Positions 1 through 16,222 of a DNA stretch of 64,000 bases are shown here, one piece after another; within the stretch, counting starts at the first letter, position 1; the number at the start of each line of letters is the position of its first letter. Source of the DNA: the human T2T-CHM13v2.0 reference genome, Homo sapiens; assembly GCF_009914755.1 (NCBI RefSeq), contig NC_060926.1; one strand, given 5' to 3'. Under the pieces are notes generated by a model. The model saw nothing but the letters and a program-made list of their open reading frames with translations, made no database searches and was not told the DNA's origin. Made by a program: the position numbers and the translations under genes.

Positions 1-1969
1 TGATTTCCTGGCTAATCATTTTTAAGGTCTGAACATTAGATAAACACCTAAATAAGAATCAAAATTGAACACACAGGCATTTTGTTGATAACTCAGATGA
101 TCTGATATTTTCATTGAACCAACAATCTTATATTGGTCTTTATATAATTCTGAAGACATTTCTACTCTTATCAATAATTTTAAAACCAGCTTTATCTACC
201 ACAGATTTATGTGAAATTGAAAAGCATTTGGACTTGCTTAATTTATGAGTACTCATTTATTTATAATCCAACTGGATATCATGGTAGGTGCAACACATAG
301 CATGATACATGTAAATACACATAAACATATCTAAACACATATACACATACATAAAAAGAGCCAGTAACTTTTACCTCAAAATTCTAGTCATAAGATGGCA
401 ATATAAATTCACCCTTTTGTAGAAGTTAGCTGGATTTAAATTATTTCTGACAAGATTGACAGCTGTCTACATGGTTAAAATTTGTTTGCTCTGATAGGTA
501 ATCCAAGGAAAGATGTAGATTATAATTTGGTTAAAGTAGTCTTTATGGCAGTTTGATTTTAAAAAAATCCCTTTTATTTCTCTTTTACTCTTCAGTTTCA
601 GAAGAGGAGGAGATTATTATAAACGGAAGGAAGAAAAGAGAAGGAGAGAAAGGAGGGGGGTTAAAGGGATAAAGTGTAACTTTCCCTTTGTTTCTTTAAG
701 AGGGAGAAATAGAGAGAGCCACTCTAACCTGAATAAGAGGCCCCTGGGTGGGACTTTAACCCACAGTTCTGCATGAACAAGACCAATAGAGGTAGAATAG
801 GAAAGAGAAAGGAAGGTAGGGAAAAGGGGATCCTATAGCAGCAAATGTGAATGAGGAAAGAGAGGTAAGGGGTAAAGAGCATTGCTCAAGGGGTACATTT
901 GATGGCTCCAAGCTGCCAGAGAACTCACCCAGCAGTGGAGACACCAAAGAAAGTGTTCACATCACCACTTGTCTGCTGCTGCAGGAAGTCATCTGTCAAG
1001 TCAGGGCTCCAGGACCCCAGAAAAATGGGCTTGAGCAAGGAAGCTCATTTGGGGCTTTCAGTTTAAGCAGAGGGAGAAACAGAGACAAGAGACCTGTAGC
1101 TAGCCATTGCAGAAAAAAAGGAAGTTCTGACTTTAGGACAGACTAGAAGAGGTTGCTGAAGAGGGTGGAATAAGAAAACTAACAAAGAACAAAAGGTGGT
1201 TCAGTCTCTAATAAGAACAAAATACATTTGAGACTGACTGCTGATGTAATCACCCTACCCAAATCCAGGATCCCCCACAAATCAATTTATGCCAAATGCC
1301 ACAAGATACAGAGCATCCAGGAGTCATCCAATGAGGGTCCCCACAACAACTATCAAAAATGCTGGAGCATCTGGGGGTGGCCAATAGTGAACCCTAAAGG
1401 CACACAACTGGGAGCATAGAACAGTGTGACTCTGGCATCTCAGAGTCAGAACAATGGGAGACATCTCAAAATAACGAATAACTCAAAACAAACAAGAGAA
1501 GTGTCCACCCTTACACAGAATATAAAAACAAAAGCCCAGTATCTAAAGCAAAGACTGCAAATGCAATAACAAAATAAGCATAAGCATGCATTTATGCACT
1601 AAGAGTGGAAAAGGAAAATGGCTGATCGTTGTAAACTAAAGAGAAAACATCTGAGAGAAAGGGAAGCGAGGCAGATTACAAAGGATATGGCCAGTCAGGT
1701 GTGCTGCCATCCCAGGAACCCAGATGATGTGAAACAATGAACTGATTACCAGGCCAGAGGATCATTCCTATTTCCTAGTTCACCTGAAAAGGTAAAGGGG
1801 GAAGAAAAGAGTAAAAGAGAAAGTAAATCAGTTAAAGGAGAGAGGGTGACACCAATGGGGAACAAAGGGAACACTCACCTGTCTGTGGAAGCCAAATGAT
1901 TTGAATTTGGAGTCTGGTTGAGGGTCTCACTCAGGTCCCTGTAGCTTGTTAGCCCCTTCATGGTCATCA
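1..1969 (-). mobile_element. ERV1 (MER4-group/MER41-int-like) internal sequence, non-coding, running off the window start
   Basis: Directly adjoins the LTR at 1970. PBS-like sequence at 1952-1969, splice donor AG|GTGAGT at 1871-1880 (minus strand), and AT-rich MER4-int-like sequence at 1-600. Confidence 0.65.
1952..1969 (-). promoter_or_regulatory. Degenerate primer-binding site, tRNA-Arg type
   Basis: Minus strand reads TGATGACCATGAAGGGGC, resembling TGGCGACCACGAAGGGAC (complement of a tRNA-Arg 3' end). It lies immediately 3' of the LTR. Confidence 0.55.
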
Positions 1970-2533
1970 TGAAGTTATCCCAAACCCTAGAATTGGGGCT
2001 TTGCTTAGGAGGGTTCTTGGCTTTGATCGGGAAAAATTAAAGAGTGAGCTGACAGAGCAAAGTGAAAGGAAGTTATTAGAGCCGCAGAGTACAGGGAAAT
2101 GGCTGCTCTTCCCATAGGAAAAAAAAATAATAGCAGCAGTCCTCATGGATGGCTGGCTACCTATATTTATGGGTATTCCTTAATCATATGATAAATAATG
2201 GGCAGATTATTCATGAGTTTTTGGAAAAAGGGGTGGGTAGTTCCTGGAACCAAAGGTTTCTCCCCTTGTTAAACCATACAAGGTAACTTCTGGGTATTGC
2301 CATGGCATTTGTAAACTGTCATGGTACTGATAGCAGTTTCTTTTAACATGCCAATTCATCACAATTAGCATATAATGAGCAGTGAGGGCAACTAGAGGTT
2401 GCTTTTATTGCCATCTTCGCTTCAGCTGGAATTGGCCTCTTGTTTTGCTGCACCCTGCTTTGATCAGATCCTGTTTTGTTCAGTGGGGTCTTGTGACTGA
2501 TGCTTGGGAAGCAAGTCCTGCTATTCTACCTCA
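1970..2533 (-). mobile_element. MER41-family LTR (ERV1), 5' LTR of the provirus
   Basis: Minus strand begins TGAGGTAG..CAGGACTTG and contains CCATGACAGTTTACAAATGCCATGGCAA and CTCATGAATAAT, typical of MER41. TG...CA termini. Confidence 0.75.
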
Positions 2534-2780
2534 GTAGGAAGGTGCATTGGAGGTGGCTGAGTCTAGCAGAGTGGATTCTGCTAACTTCTAGCAAATCCAA
2601 GGGGAGGTATATGGCTCCAGTTGTTTGTTCTCCCTTTAGAATATAAGGTGCTTAAATTTTCTTTAAGGCCCTGCCTTTGGGCCTTACCAGCCAATTCCCG
2701 GGAAGTGTCATTTGACATTCTGTTATATGTTCAGGTATCTGAGTGGACACTGTAATGACGTAAATGATTTTGAATTGCGT

Positions 2781-2845
2781 AATATATATATATATTCCAT
2801 GCTATACATATAATTATGATATACATATAATTTCTGATATATATA

Positions 2846-2890
<45 letters not shown>
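2781..2890. repeat. (TA)n/(TG)n compound microsatellite
   Basis: Visible TA and TG dinucleotide runs. Confidence 0.95.
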
Positions 2891-2892
<2 letters not shown>

Positions 2893-3925
2893 CAGGAAAA
2901 AAATTAGAGTGATTCTGGCACTCTAACTCAATTGCTGATAGGCCTTAAATTCTTCCAAAAGAGTAAAATAATGTTATTTTAGGTAAACATAACAAATAGT
3001 TATAGAGCATTTGCAAAAGGAAAGAGCTATAGTTTTTGCCTCAAGAAGCTTGTTTAGTGAAAATATGCATCATTAGTTTACCCAGCTGAAGCATGTTACA
3101 CAAGTTAAACTAGAGAACCAGAAAACTAGAGGAAAGGAATAAATTTCAGCTGGTATGCTAGGAAAACACTTCACGTGGGAAATTTGAGCCTAACTTGGGG
3201 GGAAAAAAAGATTTGACCAGGTCAATGTAGTGGTTGCACTGTAATTAAGTACAAAACAAAGAAACAAAGAAAGAAAACACCATACCTGTAGGAGAAATGT
3301 ATGAGGGCACATACTGGGAAGACACATATCAGGGGTTAATAGAGTAAGGTAAGGAAGAGTTAGGTAGGTGGAATGGGAATGGGTTTGGGCAGAGGATGAG
3401 GCTCTCAGGCATATAGGTTAGACTAGCATGCTGATAGAGCACACTTCCCAGCCATCTGAAGGAAGTACATCACTGTGACGTAAATTACTTAGTAATAAAC
3501 AGAGCTATTTTTAATAAATGTTCATACCAGTTATGTACTACAGTAAAAAGAATACCATAGGGCCACATAGAGATCAATTTTTTTAAGTGCTGCATGAATT
3601 TGGGCCTTTTGGCCTTTTTTTTCTCATTAAAAAGGGCAGGAATAAATCTTTTTGCTTTCAGTAATTTATTTTGTTATTAAAAATTATAAAATCATATGGC
3701 ACTTACTTTCACAGACACTCTGTGTACCGATGTTCTCATTTGCTCTCCCCAAGAATGCAAATTTTTCTTGTCCTGGGAAAGTCAACTAGAGGAATTACAA
3801 ATAACAATTCTAGATAGAAAAACAGAAAGTAGCAAATTTCAGACTTACTAACTATAGCCATGAAATCATCAAAAAGGATATTGGTTGCCAAAATATATAA
3901 TTTTCTCAACTTGTGTTAAGGCAAG

Positions 3926-4241
3926 TTTTTTTTTTTTTTTGGTTATTGTTGTTGTTGTTTGATGCAGAGTCTCACTCTTTCGCCCAGACTGGAATGCATT
4001 GGCTCAAACTCAGCTCACTGCAACCTCTGCCTCCTGGGTTCAAGCAATTCTCATGCCTCACGCTCCCCACTAGCTGGGATTACAGGTGTGCACCACCATA
4101 CCCAGCTAATTTTTATATTTTTGGTAGAGACTGGTTTTTGGCATGTTGGGCAGGCTGGTCTGGAACTCCTGGCCTCAAGTGGTCCACTGGCCTCAGCCTC
4201 CCACAGTGCCGGGATTATAGGCGTGAGCCACCGCGCCCAGC
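3926..4241 (-). mobile_element. Alu (AluJ/early AluS), full length
   Basis: Alu dimer on the minus strand with a T/TTG tail and flanking direct repeat TAAGGCAA. Confidence 0.95.
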
Positions 4242-5034
4242 TAAGGCAACTTTTCTCCTAAGACAACAAGTTAACCTCTGGCAAGTTTGACTCACATTGC
4301 TCCAGCCTTGGGAAAGGTGAATGAAGCTCACCCTATCTGTTTTGATTAATAAAGATTATTAATAATCATCTGGGGTGGGTTGGAGTAAGGGGTTGCTAGG
4401 GCCAGGATACCAACAGAGATGGCCTCCCAAATAACAAGAAGCTTGATCCTAGGAAAAAGAAATCCTGGAACAGATTTGGGGTGTGATGGGGCCCATGTTA
4501 AGAATCCAAAAGGTACATATGGGGAAAGGACTGCAGACCAAGGTAGCTCTGTGGCAGGATTTCTAATAATCTACCTTAAACCCAATATCAAATAACCTTA
4601 CCTTACACTGACAAATAATAACATAAAATGAAATTGTAAAGAAGCTGACTAACTTCTTGTCATCCGCTGACAATTCCAGAATAAACAAATATCAATTCTC
4701 GTTTCTGAGATGACTTCTGTAACTACATCAGAGAGAACAAGAGAAATAGAAACCACCTTACAAATTAAAGGAGGGAATTTTCATATTCTCCACCTCAAAT
4801 TCTTTAATTACATTTACATGATGGTTATTTAAAATATAAAGTTCCTACGAATAATTTTGGATGCTAGAGAGTAAAATAAATTGAAATATTTATGTCTTCT
4901 TTGGCTTACATTTGAAACTTATTTATAGATTTGTTTATGTTACTGATTACTTATTAAAGGCAGCAATTCTAGCAGTGTACTTAGGATGCTCCAGATAATA
5001 TTCCCTTCTAGACTTTGATTAAATTTTCATTTTT

Positions 5035-5165
5035 GGCCAGGTGCAGTGGCTCATGCCTGTAATCCCAGTACTTTGGGAGGCTGACATGGGAGGATTGTTT
5101 GAACTTAGGAAGTTGAGGCCAGCTTGGGCAACATAGCAAGACCCTGCCTCTACAAAAATAAAAAG
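5035..5165 (+). mobile_element. Alu left monomer (FLAM_C-like)
   Basis: GGCCAGGTGCAGTGGCTCATGCC...GACCCTGCCTCTACAAAAA, single arm, flanked by AAATTTTC(A/T)TTTTT repeats. Confidence 0.9.
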
Positions 5166-5539
5166 AAGAAAATTTTCTTTTTTTCTTTTTTATACTTTTT
5201 GGATTTGGTTTTAATTGGCAAGGTTTTTAGAGAAGTCCAAAGTGTCTGACATAAAAAGGAAAGAGTTATAGTCGTAATTCATCAAGAAATTTGTTTTTCC
5301 TTCTAGATATAGTAGGTAATAAACACTTCATGTTAGATACACACAAATAAAAAATTCATTTGCTCATGGCATCAGCAAAATGGCAGCTAATTCTGAAATT
5401 GAGTAACCCCATGTAGCAAAAGTCAGCTGTGATTAAACAAAACTGGTCGGTTTCTCTTCCTCTCCTAGCTGAAATAGTAGTTGACCCACCGTACTGGCCT
5501 ATTATGACCTGAGATAACAATCCAGTTGCCATTCAGCTG

Positions 5540-5660
5540 AACACTTCCTGAGGCCAGAGACTTTGTCTGCTTGTGTAATAACTCCTGCATTGCCAGTACC
5601 TAGAATAGTGCCTGACTTTTAGGAAGTGCTCATTACGTATATGTTTAAAATTTAAATAAA
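5540..5660 (+). mobile_element. L2 3' end fragment
   Basis: CCAGTACCTAGAATAGTGCCTG...GTGCTCA motif of the L2 3' terminus. Confidence 0.6.
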
Positions 5661-7569
5661 TACAAAAGCCTTTCTCATTTTTGTTTCCTCTTCCAACCCA
5701 ATGTAAAACTTCTTAGTAAGGCGAATGGTATAGTTTGTTTTTCTTACTTTGAGTTTTTGTAAACAAATACAAAATACACATAAGCCAGTTAGTTTTCTAA
5801 AATGGATTAGAATTAGCACAACAATATTTCTTTACTTACTAATTTTTAAAAAATTTGTCTGTTGTGAGCAGACTTTTGATTAAGCGCTAGAAATTTAAAG
5901 ATGTGCCATGAGCTTTCTTTTTCAGTAGAGAAGAATGATATAAACAACCATTATTCTGGCTGATTATAGAAAAAGGCATTCGACAAGCAAAGAAAAGCAA
6001 CTGGCTAATGGGTTTTTTGAGTTAGACAAGGCTTCCTGGAGCAGGTATAACCTGTGTGGGTCTTGCAGGATGAGACAGAGCTCTTAAATCCCTTACTTAA
6101 ATTAGTTGAACACACATACCTCACATAATCTTGAGAAGTGGGAAGTTTTGTATCTATCTTCTCTATCAGAGCCACCTTGATCCCATGTACATAGGTTTAG
6201 AAAAAGAATTTTACCAAATTTCAAAGATATATTATTTTAGCATCCTAGAAAATAACAAATACCAAATCATTTGCTTCTTTAAAAATGTGGTAAGAGTCTA
6301 CTATAAAAGTTATTATTAGGTAACGCTGGCAGGATCATAGACAAAATGTGCCCCTAAAATATGATTTCAAAATAATATAAGAACATCAAAAAAGAATTGA
6401 ACCTCCAAGATGTTAGGCTCGACCCTCTCTATTGGTGTCATAATACATTTCTGTTACCCTGAACGTTTTTCTTTGATAGTGAGAATACTGTAGAGAATTT
6501 AGCTTCTAGGAAAACAGCTTCCTCTTAATAAATTAAATGGCGAATGCCCTTTCTGATTCATAGTTAACATCTGTTACCCATAATTAATTTTCATCATGAA
6601 TAAAACAAGCACATTATCAGCAAAAAGTGAGCCAGTCTGGTACATTTTACAGAGAAGGTGGGTGAACGGAAGAGTTTTCGTTTTGTTATCTTTCTCAGGA
6701 TAAAATAATTCAAAGAGTTCTCTGACTGTTGAAAGAGTTCCTCCTCAGCAATGTGCCTGCTTTACCTGATGATCACAGATCTCTGACTCTTACAGTAGCT
6801 AACTTTGAAGAGAACTATATATGGTTTCAGCAGCTTCAATGGAACTTTCTTCCTTTGCACTAAGTACATTCACTTATGGTTTATCATTTTCACTCAGGAT
6901 CACTTGAAAATTTAGACATAATAGAACTGTTAATGGGATTGCTGGGTCAAATGGTATTTTCTCCTCCTACCTTGATCTGTATCTTATTTTTAACATAAAA
7001 AAAATTACATAGTTTTTGTTTTAAAAAAATGAGAAGGATTGATAGTAAAAGGAAAAGTAGGGAGAAGTCAGGGTTGTGAAGAAATTTTTTTCCTACTATT
7101 TTGCTTCTGGCTGTCTTGCCGAATTACTTTTAGTTAGCAAGACTGGATGTGCTGCTCAAAAATTCTAATTTAATGTGTATTTTACAATTGTTTTCACTGG
7201 GAAGACATAGCTCAAAGATGCCAGCAGGAACTCCCAAGTTTAAAAAACTGAAAAGAAGAAAAAGAATAACACAATAATACTTGAAGCTTTTGCAAATTAG
7301 TATAAAACTTGTTAAAATTTCATAGCATTTCTTTTTAGGAGATTTTATTTAAGAAATAATATTCAACTGTGGTGTAGGCATCTTACAGAAACTCTTTTTT
7401 CCCCCGTAAAGAAGGTGGGGATGAGATTAACCAAACCTGGTGAAATTGAGTTAGAATTGTAGAAGGACTGAAGAAAATCAACACGCCTAGTAAAAGAAAA
7501 GCATTTAGTAGGAGGAGAGGTGAAAGAAATTTCATTATGAAGGCTAGAGTCACAAAAGAAAAGTGTAAT

Positions 7570-7880
7570 TGTGTTAGACTGGATCTTCTGAGAGCAGACA
7601 GCAAGGTCGGATTAACCATGCAAACGTTTTATTAGAGGAAACAACTGCTAGGTGATTAAGCTAACATGAAGGAAGCCTGAGAAGGCTGGACGAGCTTTTA
7701 GACTGCAATGCAAATCTGTGTGAAGGAGAGGGAAGGAAGGGAAGAATGCAAATCTGTGTGGGTGGAGACATCTTTGATTGCAGTTTACGAATGTTTGGCA
7801 AGGTTGTGGAGTTGTCCTCAAGTCAATTAGATGTCAGTGGAGTCCTACTGCTGTTAGTGGGTTATTCAGTGCCTCTTCCA
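7570..7880 (-). mobile_element. LTR16-family LTR (ERVL), 3' LTR, partial
   Basis: TGTGTTAG..TCTTCTGAGA..CAGAC..TGCAATGCAAATCTG; homologous to 11733-12171. Confidence 0.65.
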
Positions 7881-7897
7881 GAGTGAACAGTGGATGC

Positions 7898-11732
<3,835 letters not shown>

Positions 11733-12171
11733 TGTGTTAGTCTAGGTCCTCTGAGAAGTAGATGCCATGTTGTGATGAAATGTGCAAGAATTTTGTTAGG
11801 GAGAAAACCAGTGAGAGAAAATATGGAGGAAGCCAGGAAAGGCTGGGAGAGCCTTGAGACTACAATGCAAATCTGACTAAGTGTAGGCGAGAAGGGTAGG
11901 CAGAAGTGTCCTGGTCAGCTATGTTGTCTACTGAGGTTCTTCTAGGCCATCAGAGAGTCCTGAGGCAAAGACCTGTGTCTCCCAGCATCTGACCTGCCTT
12001 AGAATCTCTGCAGCAATCAGTCATTGATTGGCTGGGAGAAGCTCCTGGACACTGCTGTCCTAAGCCCAAATGTGGTGGTGGATTTCCAAAAATAGCAGCT
12101 GGAGCTCCCTCTTGGTCAATCTTGATTCCTGTTGTTGGAGGTATGTGACTTACATTCTCATGTCCACTCCA
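11733..12171 (-). mobile_element. LTR16-family LTR (ERVL), 5' LTR
   Basis: TGTGTTAGTCTAGGTCCTCTGAGAAGTAGATGCCA.. matches my recall of LTR16; adjacent to the PBS. Confidence 0.7.
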
Positions 12172-12240
12172 ACTGAAAAAGGAAAATGTAAGATATTTAT
12201 AAGATGAGGCCATACTCCAATGTTCACACTTATGAAATTT

Positions 12241-12599
<359 letters not shown>

Positions 12600-14849
12600 C
12601 TATAAGAAATAATTTGTTTCGCAATGATTTCATACTGGAACAGGCTTTCATTGAAGATTTTGGCATTGTTAAGCCTGAACCTCTATATAGAATGTTAATT
12701 TAACCAAATATTGAGCTAATATAGGGTAGAGAAGGTCATATGGTATAGATCTTGTCCCAAAGAAGTCTTCACATAAACCTATAACATTTGGCCATATTTA
12801 GACAAAGTTAAACAGGTATCTCTTTAACTGCAGTGATTCTCTGAGTCTTTAATATTCAAAGAGGTATTATGCAAATTACACTACTGTAGGATAATTAAGA
12901 ATATGATATTGGCCAAAATTTCAGCGATGTAATATTTATACATTGCTGAAAGTTACATTGAGCTTTTTGTCCTTGTCAAATAGACTTTTCAGTAAATCCA
13001 GTTTGAGAAATGTTAGCATAGAAAATAATCTCCCAGAGTGGCTTAGAAATGCTTACATTTAAAGGCAAGGTATGAGATTAGTAGCACCATCCTTCTAATT
13101 ATGATTGTATAAGTTGGTTTTAAAGCATTTTCTTAATGTGTCTAGAAGGTAAACATTATTGTTGATAGTCAATGAGCACATCTTAGTCTCATAACATGTG
13201 CACCTCTGTCCAATGTCACTTTTAAAAATGACATATGACAAGTTCTTTAATTGCTTTTGTCTTTTATCTTCTAAGGTGGTCAGCAATCTTAGATTTTGTA
13301 AATTACCAGGAGCATACTCTGTCCTAACCCCTAATATTTACAGCAGGTCTCAAGAAAAGCTTCTTTTTCTACAAAGAACTTAGCCAACTCCAGTCATAGT
13401 TTAATTAATAAATATCTGAACCGGTAACCAACTCCTCAGTAATGAGAAGTTTAAATCCTGGGAACTAGAAGACAGTTGTGAGAAGAGGTTGAACAGGGAA
13501 GCAGTTTCTGTGCTTTTTAGGATTTGTGTTTTCAAATTGTTGGGAATAAAGAGCAGACAATTTTTTTAATAGAGAGGAAATATACTCTAAAACATCTTAC
13601 CCTGAAGAAATATTTCATTGCTTCAAGATTCTTTAAAATTATTGTGGCTCCAAAGTGGTTTATTATTAGATGGACTAAATCGTGTAAGTCAATGTTATCT
13701 TGTAGTTCAAACACATCCAATAACAGGAACTTCTAAGTAACATCAAAGCAGTTGTAAACAGCAACTCAGGAGAATTACAGAAGGCATCCTTAGATTTGAT
13801 CTATATGTATACATGACACTATGCCTGCCTATTTTAATTAAAATCACTATGTTATACAAAAGTTGATTAATCATAAAGTAAAATTGCTATCAAGGGAAAA
13901 ATTCTTATTTTCCTATTACATGATTCTTGCCATTATAACATGACACAAAATACTTGCAGTTCTGATGGTAAAAACACTTTGGGATACAGATCTGAGAATG
14001 CTTAACTTTTATATGTGTAAAACTCTGATAAAGTCACACCAAAGCTGCATGCTGTGTTGAGTGGCTTGAAAATATGTCTTCAAGAATTTTCAAAGAATTG
14101 GGTATTCTGCCAAAAAAAAAAAATCCTAAAAACAAACAAACAAAAAACAATTTTGTCATTAAAAGGAAAGTTTATGAAAATAACACTCGACATGAATGAA
14201 TTGAGCTCTGAGTTATTCATACTACTTGATTTTTAAAAAGTATTTCAGACCTATAAGGACGTTTCTGAGGAGGCAGTTAGCTCTACATCTCTCAGATTAA
14301 GTTATTGAAGAAAACATCATTTTTTTTTTTTTTTTTTTTTGCAGTCTGGGTCCTAGCTTCAGAGAAGTAAATGACATTTTCTTACTATCTCTTTGTCATC
14401 TTTTTCAAAGACTCAGAGCTTTTGCTGTGGCATTAACCAAAATAGGTAGCAAAGGAGACATCAATGAAGAACACTATCTTCATAAAACTTAATTATTAGT
14501 ATCCCTCATAATCATACATGCAAGTCCTCAAATAGTATATGATATCTGATGTTACTATTCTTTCTCTTCTTCCAGTTGACTAGAAGAGGTCTACAAACAA
14601 TTTACAATGCAGATACTGAAGGCTAATCCGGGCCATGAATGGTTTATTCAAGCGTTTGACAAAACATTAACTCCATTTCCCAATAGAAAGTTGAGGTCCC
14701 TGGTAAACTTTAAAAAGACTTTTGTTTTTAAATTTAAAAACTTATTTTGGGAAATGCTTTCAAACATACAAAATAGTTACATGAATATATATTCACATAT
14801 AAATTTATATTTGATTACTTCTTTACTTTCTGTCATAACAGGTTATTGC

Positions 14850-15010
14850 TAGCTTATCTTGTACTTAGCCTGCCCCAGCCCTGGAAATAGCCTCTTAAGA
14901 ATTTTACTTCTTTTTAGTGGAAAATTGTACCAGAGGTCAAAATCTGAGCATGACTTGTGCTCATTACTACTGGAGTGTCATTGCTTCTTGTCAGCTCAAT
15001 TCATTCATGT
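14850..15010 (-). mobile_element. Old L1 (L1MC-type) 3' UTR fragment
   Basis: CTTATCTTGTAC..CCTGCCCCAGCCCTGGAA..TTTTAGTGGAAAAT..TGTGCTCATT motif. Confidence 0.5.
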
Positions 15011-15039
15011 TTGAGAAAGAACTATGAAATATGAGCATG

Positions 15040-15160
15040 TATACAAATACATATGCATACCTGCAAATAAACACAAACACACACGCGTGTGTGTATATAT
15101 ATAGATATATAAATATGCATGCACATACACATACTTACATACATACATGCATATACATTC
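15040..15160. repeat. TA/CA-rich low-complexity repeat
   Basis: Degenerate ATAC/ACAC/TATA runs. Confidence 0.8.
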
Positions 15161-15750
15161 TACTAATGAGCACATCCTTGGGTTACTTTCAGATTAAATA
15201 TAAGAAATACTTATGAAAAGCTCACCATGAGCTGCTTTGTCAACATTTTTCCAGTCATCTTTTGTTGAATGACTCTCATCCTTGAGTAGATTATCATATT
15301 ACTTTTCATTTCTGCACTATCCTTAATTTTGCCCTCTTATTTCTTACTTTCCTTTCACTGTGTCTTTAAGGACTACACCCTTATTTATATATCTGATTCT
15401 GTTCTAGAACCGATGCATCTTCAGGGATGCCACTTCTGGTACTCCACACTTTCAGGCTCCTTTTCTGTGGTTAATTCTATGGCCTACCACATTCTAAAGC
15501 ATGCTCAGGATATTATCATTTATTTTTGCACATATTCTTTCTGAGTATGATTTTGTCTGTGCTTCATCTCAATTCTTTGCTCTCCTCTACTCTTATGCAT
15601 GGAGAATTGTTGGTCTTTTCTTCTCTGTTCTCATATCTGCATATTTGTAGCCCAGAGTGAGCAGTGGGAGAGCCACTGGAAATTGTTTTTTTTTCCTCCA
15701 AGTTTCAGGTAATTGTAAGGTTGCATTTTCCTGTCTCCCCAAAATACTGA

Positions 15751-16222
<472 letters not shown>

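Noticed and set aside
3913-4290. ORFs of 100-125 aa, and similar ones at 15766, 17909, 19174, 30593 and 52680
   Set aside because: Alu read-through translations ([15 protein letters not shown] and similar), not genes.
6698-6870. Splice acceptor TTTTGTTATCTTTCTCAG with a possible exon
   Set aside because: No convincing downstream donor and no recognisable coding frame.
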